From: Candidatus Hadarchaeales archaeon
Lineage (GTDB): Archaea; Hadarchaeota; Hadarchaeia; Hadarchaeales; Hadarchaeaceae
Direction: 5' to 3'
DNA: 64,000 nt
NCBI GenBank assembly: GCA_038872135.1
Contig: JAVZGN010000001.1
Coordinates: 147 to 64,146 of the forward strand
Below are positions 1 through 8,608 of the stretch, piece by piece (the first letter of the stretch is position 1; each line of letters opens with the position of its first letter). The translations under genes and the position numbers were made by a program. Under the pieces are notes generated by a model. That model was not told where the DNA came from. It made no database searches and was given only the letters and a program-made list of their open reading frames with translations.

Positions 1-106
1 CGATAGTCATCAACATCTCCGTGCTCGCTTTTGCCCTTTCCCTCGCCATCTATGCCTACAGGCACTTCGGAACCCTTGATGTGACAGCATTCAGGAGGCT
101 CAAAGA

Positions 107-1627
107 ATGATAGAGAATTTCCCCATCCTGCTGATAGCCATCCCCCTTTTCGCGGCATTTACGATGCCTTTGATAGGTCTGATTTTGAGGAGAAGAGGCA
201 CAACAAAGCTGTGTGAATTTGTAGCGATTTCTGTCATGGTCATTCTTCTCCTCATGGCATTCGCAGTGGCGGCCAGGGTCTGGGGAGGAGAACCGATCGT
301 TTACCGGCTTGGCGGCTGGCCTCCCCCCTTTGGGATTGTTCTGGCCGTTGATGCCCTCTCGGTCCAGATGGCCGTGATGATCGCGGGCCTTGGGCTGCTG
401 GTCTTTGTTTACGCTTCGGGTTACATGGAGGAGGAGAAGAGGAAAGATCTCTTCTATACTCTCTGTCTTCTGGCGGTGGCAGGAATGATGGGCACAGTTC
501 TAACTGGGGACATGTTCAACTTCTTTGTTTTTCTGGAAATAATGTCTATTTCTTCTTATGCTTTGATTTCATTCCGGAGGGACGCTGGGGGGATAGAAGG
601 AGCCATAAAATACATGCTGATGGGGTCCCTGGGGAACTCTATGATTTTGATATCGATAGTGCTTGTCTACGGGCTGGTCGGGAGCCTCACGATCGCAGAT
701 CTTGGGGCAAAGCTTTCTGTCTACTCGGCTGGGGGGCAGCCTGCTCCAGCTTCTCTCGTGCTGGCCCTCTCCCTCTTCATCACAGGGATAATGGTAAAAG
801 TTGCCATGATCCCATTCCACACGTGGCTGGCCGACTCATTCACCTCCGCCCCCACTGCCATCAGTGCGCTTCTGGCCGGTCCGGCGGCGGTGGTCGGAAT
901 CTACTGGGTTGCTCGTCTCCCCTACCTCCCCTTCGGCCTTCCGGTTGGCATCATCCTCATCTCTCTTGGACTCATCAGCATGGTTGGAGGAGTTCTGATG
1001 GCGCTGGTTCAGAGGGACTTCAAGCGGATGCTGGCCTATCATGTCATAAGCCAGAAGGGTTACATGGTCCTCGGGATAGGTCTGGGGACGCTAGGCTCTG
1101 TCCTCGGCGCCCAGGGCGGCCTCTTCCACCTCTTGAACCATTCCACCTACAAGGCGATGCTCTTCATGTGTGCCGGGGCAGTTTTGATGAGGACAGGGAC
1201 ACAGAAGTTTGATGAGCTTGGAGGGCTGGGGAAGAAAATGCCGGTCACTGCGATGGCGTTTCTGATCGGCGCCCTCGCTATCTCTGGAATTCCTCCGATG
1301 AATGGTTTTGCAAGCAAGTATTCAATCTATCTCGGGGGGATAGAGGCTGGGCAGCCGGCAATAACCGCCATCGCCGTCTTGGTGAGCGCTTTGACATTCG
1401 CCAGCTTCTTCAAAGCCTTCAGCTCAGTTTTTCTCGGAACTCTTCCAAAGAGATATGAGAGAGTTGAGGAAGCCCCGAGGAGGATGCTAGTGGCGATGGT
1501 CACGATGGCGGCAATCTGTGTGGTCATCGGGCTGATACCAGCAATAGGGTTCAATGTTGTGGCTCCAGCCCAGGCAGCAGCGGAGAACTCTGTGGGCTAC
1601 ATTAGAACAGTTCTCGGAGGGAGTTGA
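107..1627 (+). CDS. mbhH: Mrp/NuoL-like multi-TM antiporter-type subunit of a membrane-bound hydrogenase (MbhH-like)
   Basis: The 506-aa product is highly hydrophobic and shows the NuoL/MnhD family pattern (WLADSFTSAPTAISALLAG, HHVISQKGY). It is immediately followed by NuoB/C/D/H/I-like hydrogenase genes. The operon probably begins upstream of the window. Confidence 0.8.
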   Translation: MIENFPILLIAIPLFAAFTMPLIGLILRRRGTTKLCEFVAISVMVILLLMAFAVAARVWGGEPIVYRLGGWPPPFGIVLAVDALSVQMAVMIAGLGLLVFVYASGYMEEEKRKDLFYTLCLLAVAGMMGTVLTGDMFNFFVFLEIMSISSYALISFRRDAGGIEGAIKYMLMGSLGNSMILISIVLVYGLVGSLTIADLGAKLSVYSAGGQPAPASLVLALSLFITGIMVKVAMIPFHTWLADSFTSAPTAISALLAGPAAVVGIYWVARLPYLPFGLPVGIILISLGLISMVGGVLMALVQRDFKRMLAYHVISQKGYMVLGIGLGTLGSVLGAQGGLFHLLNHSTYKAMLFMCAGAVLMRTGTQKFDELGGLGKKMPVTAMAFLIGALAISGIPPMNGFASKYSIYLGGIEAGQPAITAIAVLVSALTFASFFKAFSSVFLGTLPKRYERVEEAPRRMLVAMVTMAAICVVIGLIPAIGFNVVAPAQAAAENSVGYIRTVLGGS

Positions 1628-1953
1628 TGGCAGCATTCACCTGGGATCCGGTGACTGTCACCGTCACAATATTTCTCGGTGCACTACTCGGTTATGTGTT
1701 CATCTACCTCGGAAGAGCCATCACGAAGCCTGCTCCGAAGCCCCTTAAGCTCAAAAATTATGCTTGCGGCGAGGAGCCTCTCCCGGCCCATCCCGACAGC
1801 GAGCAATTTTTTTCTGCTGTAAGAAGAGTTGTTAGGCCGTTCTACCAGCACGTCCAGCGAGCCCACACAGGCATCATCAGCACATATCTTCTCTGGATGG
1901 TCCTCGGGATGATAGTGATTTTTATAGTGCTTTTCCTCACGGTGATGAAATGA
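1624..1953 (+). CDS. small membrane subunit of the Mbh-type hydrogenase (MbhI-like)
   Basis: The 109-aa product has two predicted TM helices. It overlaps the upstream gene at ATGA and the next gene by 4 nt, indicating translational coupling. It sits in the MbhI position. Confidence 0.5.
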   Translation: MMAAFTWDPVTVTVTIFLGALLGYVFIYLGRAITKPAPKPLKLKNYACGEEPLPAHPDSEQFFSAVRRVVRPFYQHVQRAHTGIISTYLLWMVLGMIVIFIVLFLTVMK

Positions 1954-2366
1954 GCGTGGCGGGCTTTTTCAGGAAGAAGTCCCCCTGGATCCTGCACTTC
2001 GACACCGGGGGCTGCAATGGATGCTCGATAGAGGTGGTGGCCGCTCTTACACCAAGATACGACGTTGAGCGTTTCGGAATGGTGGCGAAAGGAACACCCA
2101 GACACGCAGATATCTTGGTTGTCACGGGGGCAGTGACAAAGCAGTGCCTTCCGAGGCTCCTGAACATCTATGAGCAGATGCCGGAGCCAAAGCTGGTTGT
2201 GGCGGTCGGCGCATGCGCATCTTCCGCCAGCCCCTTCCAAGGATGCTATAATGTCGTCGGCCCCTTGGATAAACATCTCCCGGTGGCAGCATATGTCCCT
2301 GGATGTCCTCCAAGACCTGAGGCAATCATCGACGGGTTGCTGAAGATTCTGGGGAGGTTGGAGTAA
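1950..2366 (+). CDS. mbhJ: [NiFe] hydrogenase small subunit, NuoB-like (MbhJ-like)
   Basis: It carries the NuoB-family Cys pattern CNGCSIEV...GACASSASPF...VPGCPPRPE that ligates the proximal [4Fe-4S] cluster. Confidence 0.85.
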   Translation: MSVAGFFRKKSPWILHFDTGGCNGCSIEVVAALTPRYDVERFGMVAKGTPRHADILVVTGAVTKQCLPRLLNIYEQMPEPKLVVAVGACASSASPFQGCYNVVGPLDKHLPVAAYVPGCPPRPEAIIDGLLKILGRLE

Positions 2367-2785
2367 TGGAGGTTCGGGAAGTTCTAGAGATCATCGGCCC
2401 ATTCGTGAAGGATGTGAAGGCAGACAAAAATCACATTTTCGCAATTTCAAGCGTCCAGGATTTAAGAAATGTCTTTAAGCTCCTTTCAGAAAAAGGGATT
2501 GTACACGTCTCGGATATTACGGGTGTTGACCTTGGAGATTCTGTAGCGGTGATTTACAGACTCGACTGTAGGCCATCTTTTCTTAATTTAAAAATCTTCC
2601 TCCCGAAAAATGATTTAAGAATCCGCACGATTACAGACATCTTTCCCGGGGCATCCCTCTATGAGCGTGATTTGATGGAGATGTTTGGAATAAAGATCGA
2701 GGCACATCCAGACCCAAGGAAACTTTTCCTCCCCGATGATTGGCCCGAGGGAGTTTACCCGTTGAGAAAGGAGGTCAAACAATGA
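2366..2785 (+). CDS. mbhK: NuoC-like hydrogenase subunit (MbhK-like)
   Basis: The 139-aa product has the NuoC/30-kDa subunit fold signature (ERDLMEMFGIKIEAHPDPRKLFLPDDWPEG). Its stop overlaps the next start at ATGA. Confidence 0.75.
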   Translation: MEVREVLEIIGPFVKDVKADKNHIFAISSVQDLRNVFKLLSEKGIVHVSDITGVDLGDSVAVIYRLDCRPSFLNLKIFLPKNDLRIRTITDIFPGASLYERDLMEMFGIKIEAHPDPRKLFLPDDWPEGVYPLRKEVKQ

Positions 2786-3930
2786 CAATGGTTCTCCCAA
2801 TTGGTCCACAACATCCAGCTCTAAAGGAAGTTGAGAATTTCACCTTGGAGGTCAATGGTGAGGAAATTGTTGGCGTGGACATCCGTCTCGGCTATTCGCA
2901 CAGAGGTATAGAGAGAGGAATGCAGGAGAGGACCTATCCTCAGGGAGTTTATCTTGCTGAAAGGGTTTGTGGGATATGCAACATCGCCCACTCAGCCACA
3001 TACTGCCTAGCAGTAGAGAAGCTGGCTGGAGTTGAAATTCCTGAGAGAGCGAAAATCATCAGGACAATCCTGCTTGAGCTTGAGCGAATTCACAGCCATC
3101 TCCTCTGGGCAGGGGTGGCGTTCTATGAGATAGGCTTTGAGACCCTCTTCATGTATACGTGGAGAGACAGGGAGATGGTCTTAGATGTCAGAGAGGCAAT
3201 TTCTGGTGCAAGACAGATTTCGGCCTCAAATGTTCCCGGCGGGGTAAGAAGAGACGTGAAGGCCGAGCACATCTCATTTGCTTTAGATGTCCTCAGGAGA
3301 CTGGAGGAATCGACCAAATACTACTTGGATGTCTGCACATCAGATCCAACAATCATCGCTAGGTGTTCAGGGGTAGGAGTTCTGAGCAAGCACGAGGCTA
3401 CAAAATTATGCGCAACCGGCCCAACCGCAAGGGCATCAGGAGTTGAATGGGATCTGAGAAGAAGAGATCCGTATCTTATGTATGAAGATGTTGATTTCGA
3501 TGTAGTGGTGGAAAAAGATGGGGATGTCTTTGCAAGAATTCTAGTGAGATTGAGAGAGGTTCTTGAGTCTATAAGAATAGTCAGGCAGCTGCTCGAAAAG
3601 CTCCCAGGAGGGCCGGTGAGGATGGAGATCCCAAAGAAAATAGATCCATCAGAGGCAATAGCGAGAACCGAGGCACCGCGGGGGGAATTGCTTTACTATA
3701 TGCTTTCGAATGGAACGGAGAGGCCTGAGAGGGTGAGGATAAGAACTCCAACATATGCAAATGTCCTTTCTTGGAAACCGATGTTCGCCGGTGCCACCAT
3801 CGCGGATGCTCCAATAATCATCGCCAGCATCGACCCTTGCTTCACCTGCTGCGACCGATTGAGCATCATAGATGTCAAAACAGATGAAAAGAAGCTCGTG
3901 GAGTTCAGGGAGCTGAGGGGGTTCAGATGA
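2782..3930 (+). CDS. mbhL: membrane-bound [NiFe] hydrogenase large subunit, group 4, NuoD-like (MbhL-like)
   Basis: The N-terminal Ni-binding motif is RVCGICNIAHSATYC and the C-terminal motif is DPCFTCCDR. A GGAGGT ribosome-binding site lies 7 nt upstream of the ATG at 2782. The ORF tracker's start at 2740 is probably too long. Confidence 0.9.
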   Translation: MTMVLPIGPQHPALKEVENFTLEVNGEEIVGVDIRLGYSHRGIERGMQERTYPQGVYLAERVCGICNIAHSATYCLAVEKLAGVEIPERAKIIRTILLELERIHSHLLWAGVAFYEIGFETLFMYTWRDREMVLDVREAISGARQISASNVPGGVRRDVKAEHISFALDVLRRLEESTKYYLDVCTSDPTIIARCSGVGVLSKHEATKLCATGPTARASGVEWDLRRRDPYLMYEDVDFDVVVEKDGDVFARILVRLREVLESIRIVRQLLEKLPGGPVRMEIPKKIDPSEAIARTEAPRGELLYYMLSNGTERPERVRIRTPTYANVLSWKPMFAGATIADAPIIIASIDPCFTCCDRLSIIDVKTDEKKLVEFRELRGFR

Positions 3931-4880
3931 TAGGCCAAGCACTAAACTTCCTTTTTTCCCTCTTAGTTTTTCCAGGGTTTCTCTTTGTCGCACTTCTTGG
4001 GCTTATTTATCTAGGATTAGATAGAAAATGCTGTGCCCACATGCAGCACAGGATCGGCCCGCCCATTTGGCAGGAAATCTATGATTTTGGAAAATTGATG
4101 ACAAAGGAAGACATAACCCCCGCAAACGCCGATCCCATCATCTTCAACGCAGCTCCTCTCTTGGCTCTCGGGGCGCTGCTCGCAGTGGCGCTGATAATTC
4201 CCATTGCTTCACCAAACCCATTGCTCTCTGGAGCCGCCGATGTTGTGGTTCTCATTTACCTCCTGAACCTTCCGGCGATAGCGATGATGCTTGGGGGCTA
4301 TTCCTCGGGCTGCGCTTTCGGTGTGGTTGGGGCGGGAAGACATGTAACGCAGCTGATGGGATATGAGTTGGTTTTCATCATCTCAATTCTATCAGTCGTC
4401 ATGAAGACAGGTTTGCTGGGAGTTTCTGAGATAGTTAAGTACCAGAGCCTCCATGGCTGGACATTGTTTGACCTACAGCTTCTCCCAGCCTTTTTGGCGG
4501 CCCTTTTTGCCGTCCAAGGAAAGCTTTTGAGAACTCCCTTCGACATTCCCGAGGCCCATCAGGAGATAGTCGCCGGCCCTCTTACTGAATACTCGGGACC
4601 AAAGCTTGCACTCTGGAGGCTAGCTTATGATATTGAGACGGTGCTTGTTTTTGGGCTTCTAGCCTCTCTTTTCCTCGGGGGGCCAACGGAGTACTTGATC
4701 GGAGGACTGAGAATTCCCGCCGTGGCAGATTTTATAGTGAAAACCCTCGTTCTCCTTTTCATCTCAGTGGTCATTAGGACGATCATGGCTAGGTTGAGGA
4801 TAGACCAGACGCTCAGGCTCTACTGGGGAGCCGGGGTTCTGCTGGCTTTGGTCAGCCTAGTTCTGGTGGGGGTGAAATGA
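3927..4880 (+). CDS. mbhM: NuoH-like membrane subunit (MbhM-like)
   Basis: The 317-aa polytopic membrane protein belongs to the NuoH/HycD family. Its start overlaps the upstream stop at ATGA. Confidence 0.8.
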   Translation: MIGQALNFLFSLLVFPGFLFVALLGLIYLGLDRKCCAHMQHRIGPPIWQEIYDFGKLMTKEDITPANADPIIFNAAPLLALGALLAVALIIPIASPNPLLSGAADVVVLIYLLNLPAIAMMLGGYSSGCAFGVVGAGRHVTQLMGYELVFIISILSVVMKTGLLGVSEIVKYQSLHGWTLFDLQLLPAFLAALFAVQGKLLRTPFDIPEAHQEIVAGPLTEYSGPKLALWRLAYDIETVLVFGLLASLFLGGPTEYLIGGLRIPAVADFIVKTLVLLFISVVIRTIMARLRIDQTLRLYWGAGVLLALVSLVLVGVK

Positions 4881-5206
4881 TGCCGAGGATCCTTCCAACT
4901 GTTTTGAAAAATCTTTTCAGGAAGCCAGCGACCCTCAAGTACCCGAAAGTGAAAAGAGAGCTCCCAGAAGGGTACCGGGGGGCGCCGACGATAGATAGTT
5001 CCCTCTGCGTGCGATGCTGGAACTGCATTCGGGCATGCCCGGTGAGGGCGATAAGTGTAAAAAAGGAGACGAGGACGCCGAGCATTAATCTGACCATGTG
5101 CATTCAATGTGGTGAATGCGCCGAGGCCTGTCCGACGAAGGCCATCAGGATGTCTAAGGAGTATGAGCTGGCCGTGGTTGATAAAGAGGCGGCAAAGGTC
5201 GAATGA
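4877..5206 (+). CDS. mbhN: 2x[4Fe-4S] ferredoxin-like subunit, NuoI-like (MbhN-like)
   Basis: It contains two CxxCxxCxxxCP motifs (CVRCWNCIRACP and CIQCGECAEACP). It is the last gene of the operon. Confidence 0.85.
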   Translation: MMPRILPTVLKNLFRKPATLKYPKVKRELPEGYRGAPTIDSSLCVRCWNCIRACPVRAISVKKETRTPSINLTMCIQCGECAEACPTKAIRMSKEYELAVVDKEAAKVE

Positions 5207-5809
5207 TCATTTTTTGGCGGTGGCCTCTTCTTTTGGAGCAAGTTTTTTCTGGTATACTCTAGCGCCTATCCCGATAGCGCTGGCGACCACACCGGCCCAG
5301 AACCCTCTCCCAAGGAAGATTTTTACCGGGGCTGTGATCGTGGCCGGACCAATTTGAAATGTAGCAACCGTGCCCCCCTGGAAATATGGAATGTTCAGCG
5401 ATTGGACTACCGAGCTCCCAGCCATAGATGAAAGAAAATTCGGAAGAACATTGTTGACGAGAAATGTTCCAACCACAATTGTTATCACAAGGCCAACCAC
5501 AGACCACAGCGGCTTCATCACCCCAAATCTGAAGAGCTTTCTGGCCCACCAGCTCCTTGGAAATATGGAAGCGAGGAGGACGAATGTTCCGCCTATCAAA
5601 AATGAGATTTTGGTTGCGAGCAGGAACAGCCCGATAAGGGGAGATTCCAGTGGCATTTCAGCTAGGCGCACATTCAGCTCAAATGGGGATGTCTCGAAGT
5701 GAAATGCCCTATCTCCCACCTCTACAATCCACCATGGGCCAAGGAACGGCAGGAGCAGCATCAGGACCCCCAGCCCAGCGCCGAGATAGTTTATTTCTGC
5801 AAGCTTCAT
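5207..5809 (-). CDS. hypothetical polytopic membrane protein
   Basis: The 200-aa product has several hydrophobic helices and a Lys-rich C-terminal tail. It is co-oriented and overlapping with 5806-6303. Confidence 0.4.
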   Translation of the reverse strand: MKLAEINYLGAGLGVLMLLLPFLGPWWIVEVGDRAFHFETSPFELNVRLAEMPLESPLIGLFLLATKISFLIGGTFVLLASIFPRSWWARKLFRFGVMKPLWSVVGLVITIVVGTFLVNNVLPNFLSSMAGSSVVQSLNIPYFQGGTVATFQIGPATITAPVKIFLGRGFWAGVVASAIGIGARVYQKKLAPKEEATAKK

Positions 5810-6303
5810 CTGGTGCCCTCCATCGAGATTTTTATTTCAATCCCAAGTTTTTCAATCGTGATTTCCCCTCCGCCCGATTGCCAGTTTCCCTGCCGCGGGT
5901 CGCTGCTGCATTTTCCCGTCAAGACGATAATTTTGTTTTCGTTTGGCAGAATTTGAGTCGGGGAGCTTGTGCTCAGGATCATCTTTTCACCATTTTTTGT
6001 GAATGTTATGGAAATTTCTTTAACCGTGAGCGAAAACGGGATTCCGGAGATCTCCAGAGGCAGTGTTGCGGTTTGGGTAGCCGGGTCGTATGTGGCATTT
6101 TCCTGTATCGGTCGCAGATTTCCCATGTTTCGCATGTTTAAAAAATTTTGAACATTTCCAATCGCAGATCCAGCGCCGCCAGTATCGATTAGAGTTTCCT
6201 GGATGTTCCAGTTGTGCATGCTGAAAGCTATCAGGAGGGGTCCAAGCGAGAGAGCTAGACCGAGCAACCTCAGCCCAAGCCCGAGGGCACTTTCCTTCTT
6301 CAC
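5806..6303 (-). CDS. hypothetical secreted/exported protein
   Basis: The N-terminus (MKKESALGLGLRLLGLALSLGPLLIAFS) looks like a signal peptide followed by a soluble domain. It overlaps the downstream gene by 4 nt. Confidence 0.4.
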   Translation of the reverse strand: MKKESALGLGLRLLGLALSLGPLLIAFSMHNWNIQETLIDTGGAGSAIGNVQNFLNMRNMGNLRPIQENATYDPATQTATLPLEISGIPFSLTVKEISITFTKNGEKMILSTSSPTQILPNENKIIVLTGKCSSDPRQGNWQSGGGEITIEKLGIEIKISMEGTR

Positions 6304-6615
6304 CGCACCAGCAAGAGGTTGGAATACATAAATATAATTGTAACTGGAGAGCGGCGTTCTTCGGAATTTCTAGCTTTGGGAGTTTCGCTAGTGCATGACG
6401 TATCTCTAGATTTCTAATCCGAGTTTTTTATTCAAAAACAGCTTCTGTCATGAGAGCTTCATTTTTCCCATTCCGGTTTTGTAAACGACCCCTGGGTCAG
6501 CCCGGAAATATGGACAGAGATGATCCAATCTGGCTGATGGCGAGGAATCCCCTGCTGATAGCCATTCACAATCCAAAACGATTATATCCCGTGTGAAGAG
6601 ACTTGAAGGATATAA

Positions 6616-7107
6616 ATGCCGGATGAGATGGCTCAGAAGGTTCTTCTATATGACCGGGAGAGATGCACCGGCTGCAGGGCCTGTGAGATGGCATGCGCTT
6701 ACAGAAACTTTAGAACTCTTACTCCCACAAAAACCAACATTTCAATTTTTCTTGATGAGAACTCCTTTTCTCTAGAAGCCATCCACTGTCTCCACTGCCA
6801 GGAGCCGGTGTGCATGGCCGCCTGTCCGGCAGAGGCGATAACAAAAGATGATGCAACTGGATGGGTGACCATCAACCCGCTGAAATGCATAGGATGTCGC
6901 TCATGCACATACGCCTGTCCGCTGGCAGCCTGCTGGTTTGATGAAGAAGTGAAAGTAGCATTCAAATGCAATTTCTGCGACGGAGACCCGAACTGTGCAA
7001 AGTTCTGCTCTCCTCAGGCCATCAGGGTTGCCACGAGGGAGGAGGCGATGAAGTTCGCAAGAGAAGAATATCTCACAGGAGGGAAAAAATGGGAGAGCAA
7101 GAGGTAA
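6616..7107 (+). CDS. 2x[4Fe-4S] ferredoxin-like subunit (HdrC-like or DMSO-reductase beta-like)
   Basis: It carries several Cys clusters (CTGCRACEMAC, CLHCQEPVCMAACP, CIGCRSCTYACP, CNFCDGDPNCAKFC). It is the first gene of a tightly coupled five-gene operon. Confidence 0.7.
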   Translation: MPDEMAQKVLLYDRERCTGCRACEMACAYRNFRTLTPTKTNISIFLDENSFSLEAIHCLHCQEPVCMAACPAEAITKDDATGWVTINPLKCIGCRSCTYACPLAACWFDEEVKVAFKCNFCDGDPNCAKFCSPQAIRVATREEAMKFAREEYLTGGKKWESKR

Positions 7108-7742
7108 AAAAACTGCTTGAAGATGCAGGTATTTCAAATGTTACTGTTCCCAGGCCGCGGAAAGTTTATGCCGAGATCTCCCCCCAGCATCTGAGAAATG
7201 CCGTTGAGACGATAATGAAAAACGGCGGGAGGTTTGTAATCATCGCCGCCCTCGATGCCTGGCTGAACATCGAGCTTTCCTATCATCTCGACATCGATGG
7301 GACCGGGATAGTGATGAAGGTGAAAATACCCAAGGAGAACCCAGAGCTTCCAAGCATAGCAGACATCACCCCAGCAGCAGAGTGGGCGGAGCGCGAGGCT
7401 TCTGAATTAGTGGGAGTGAAGTTCATAGGCAATCCACGACCAGAGAACCTAGTTCTTCCCGCCGGCTGGGATGGGAGGCCAATGGCAAAGCCTTTCAAGC
7501 CACCGGTTGATGAAAAGGTCGCTGGAGTCGCTGAGTCGATACTTTCGGTTGGCGCCACGGCCCCGATTTCATCCCTGATGGAAAGCAGGAGGGTGGAAGC
7601 AGGGTTACCGGCAAAGCCCCCCGCGGCATACACTTCTGAATCCAGCCTCAAGGAAATTCAAGATTTCGCTAGGAGCACAGGTTTCGCTGAAGAGGTTGGC
7701 TATGATCGGGAAAAGAGAAAGCTGAGAGGAGCGAGAAAATGA
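7089..7742 (+). CDS. NuoC-like hydrogenase subunit
   Basis: The tracked ORF at 6966 is over-extended. A GGAGGG ribosome-binding site precedes the ATG at 7089. The central domain has the NuoC fold (GGRFVIIAALDAW...YHLDIDG...AEWAEREASELVGVKFIGNPRPENLVLPAGWDG) and is followed by a low-complexity C-terminal tail. Confidence 0.65.
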   Translation: MGEQEVKKLLEDAGISNVTVPRPRKVYAEISPQHLRNAVETIMKNGGRFVIIAALDAWLNIELSYHLDIDGTGIVMKVKIPKENPELPSIADITPAAEWAEREASELVGVKFIGNPRPENLVLPAGWDGRPMAKPFKPPVDEKVAGVAESILSVGATAPISSLMESRRVEAGLPAKPPAAYTSESSLKEIQDFARSTGFAEEVGYDREKRKLRGARK

Positions 7743-8608
7743 GGAAATTTGCCCTTTTCCCCGGCTGCATCATTCCCCAGAGGCTCCCAAGCATCGAGAT
7801 AGCAGCGCGAAAAGTTTTCCAGGCATTGGGAATGGAGGCCGCCGAGATGAAAGGTTACAACTGCTGTCCAGACCCTGTGATTGCAAGATACATGAACAGA
7901 AACTTTGTCCTCTCCCTCTCGGCCAGAAATCTCAGCTTGGCGGAGGAAAATGGGCTGGATGTGGTGGTCCTCTGCAACGGCTGCTTTGAGTCTCTCTGGG
8001 AGGCAAATGAGAGTCTTCGGGAGGAAAAAACTAGAGAAGATGTCAACACCATCTTGAAGGAAGCTGGCAGAAGATATGAGGGGAGAAGCAGGGTGAAGCA
8101 TGTGGTGGAGGTGCTTTACGAGGATGGGATGATCGATGAAGTGAGGCGGCTGGTGAAGCATCCGCTGAGAGATCTCAAGCTGGCCATCCACTACGGTTGT
8201 CATCTCTTCAGGGAGGAGAAAGGGAAAGACATCTGGAGGAAGCCGAGGCAGCTTCAGGAGCTTGTGAAAGCAACTGGCGCCGAGGTGATTCCTTGCCCGC
8301 TTGACAAACTCTGCTGTGGATTTCCAGTTTCAGAAGTGGACAGAGAATATTCGCTCAAAAGGAATCTCCTTCCAAAGCTCCAGTGCTATTCCCATCTTGG
8401 AGTTGACGGAGTTGTGGTTGTCTGTCCGACCTGTAACATCCAGATGGAGTCCGGGCAGCTCTCCCTTAGAAGATATGGAGCAAACTTTTCAATCCCATGT
8501 CTTCATCTGGTGGAGCTACTGGCCCTGGCCTTCGGAGTGCCAGCTGCCGAACTCCACCTTGAGTTCCACCGGAGCCCGGTTGCCCAGCTGGCTCAGAAGG
8601 TGAAATGA
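7739..8608 (+). CDS. HdrB-like protein with two CCG (Cys-rich) domains (heterodisulfide reductase subunit B / SdhC family)
   Basis: The N-terminus MRKFALFPGCIIPQRLPSIEIAARKVF...NCCPDP is HdrB-like. The second CCG domain carries CGFP...CPTCNIQM. The gene is 4-nt coupled on both sides. Confidence 0.7.
   Translation: MRKFALFPGCIIPQRLPSIEIAARKVFQALGMEAAEMKGYNCCPDPVIARYMNRNFVLSLSARNLSLAEENGLDVVVLCNGCFESLWEANESLREEKTREDVNTILKEAGRRYEGRSRVKHVVEVLYEDGMIDEVRRLVKHPLRDLKLAIHYGCHLFREEKGKDIWRKPRQLQELVKATGAEVIPCPLDKLCCGFPVSEVDREYSLKRNLLPKLQCYSHLGVDGVVVVCPTCNIQMESGQLSLRRYGANFSIPCLHLVELLALAFGVPAAELHLEFHRSPVAQLAQKVK

Noticed and set aside
569-1212. Several 60-130-aa ORFs overlapping mbhH on both strands
   Set aside because: They lie inside a confidently assigned 506-aa membrane gene and have Arg/Pro/Gly-rich shadow-frame composition.
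6304-6615. 48-aa ORF (MRASFFPFRF...) in the divergent intergenic region
   Set aside because: It has no ribosome-binding site or recognisable motif. The region more likely holds the two divergent promoters (TTATAT at about 6572).
6966-7088. N-terminal extension of the NuoC-like ORF overlapping the ferredoxin gene
   Set aside because: The extension is rich in Arg and Gly codons and is read out of frame from the ferredoxin. A GGAGGG ribosome-binding site and the ATG at 7089 give a NuoC-like start.
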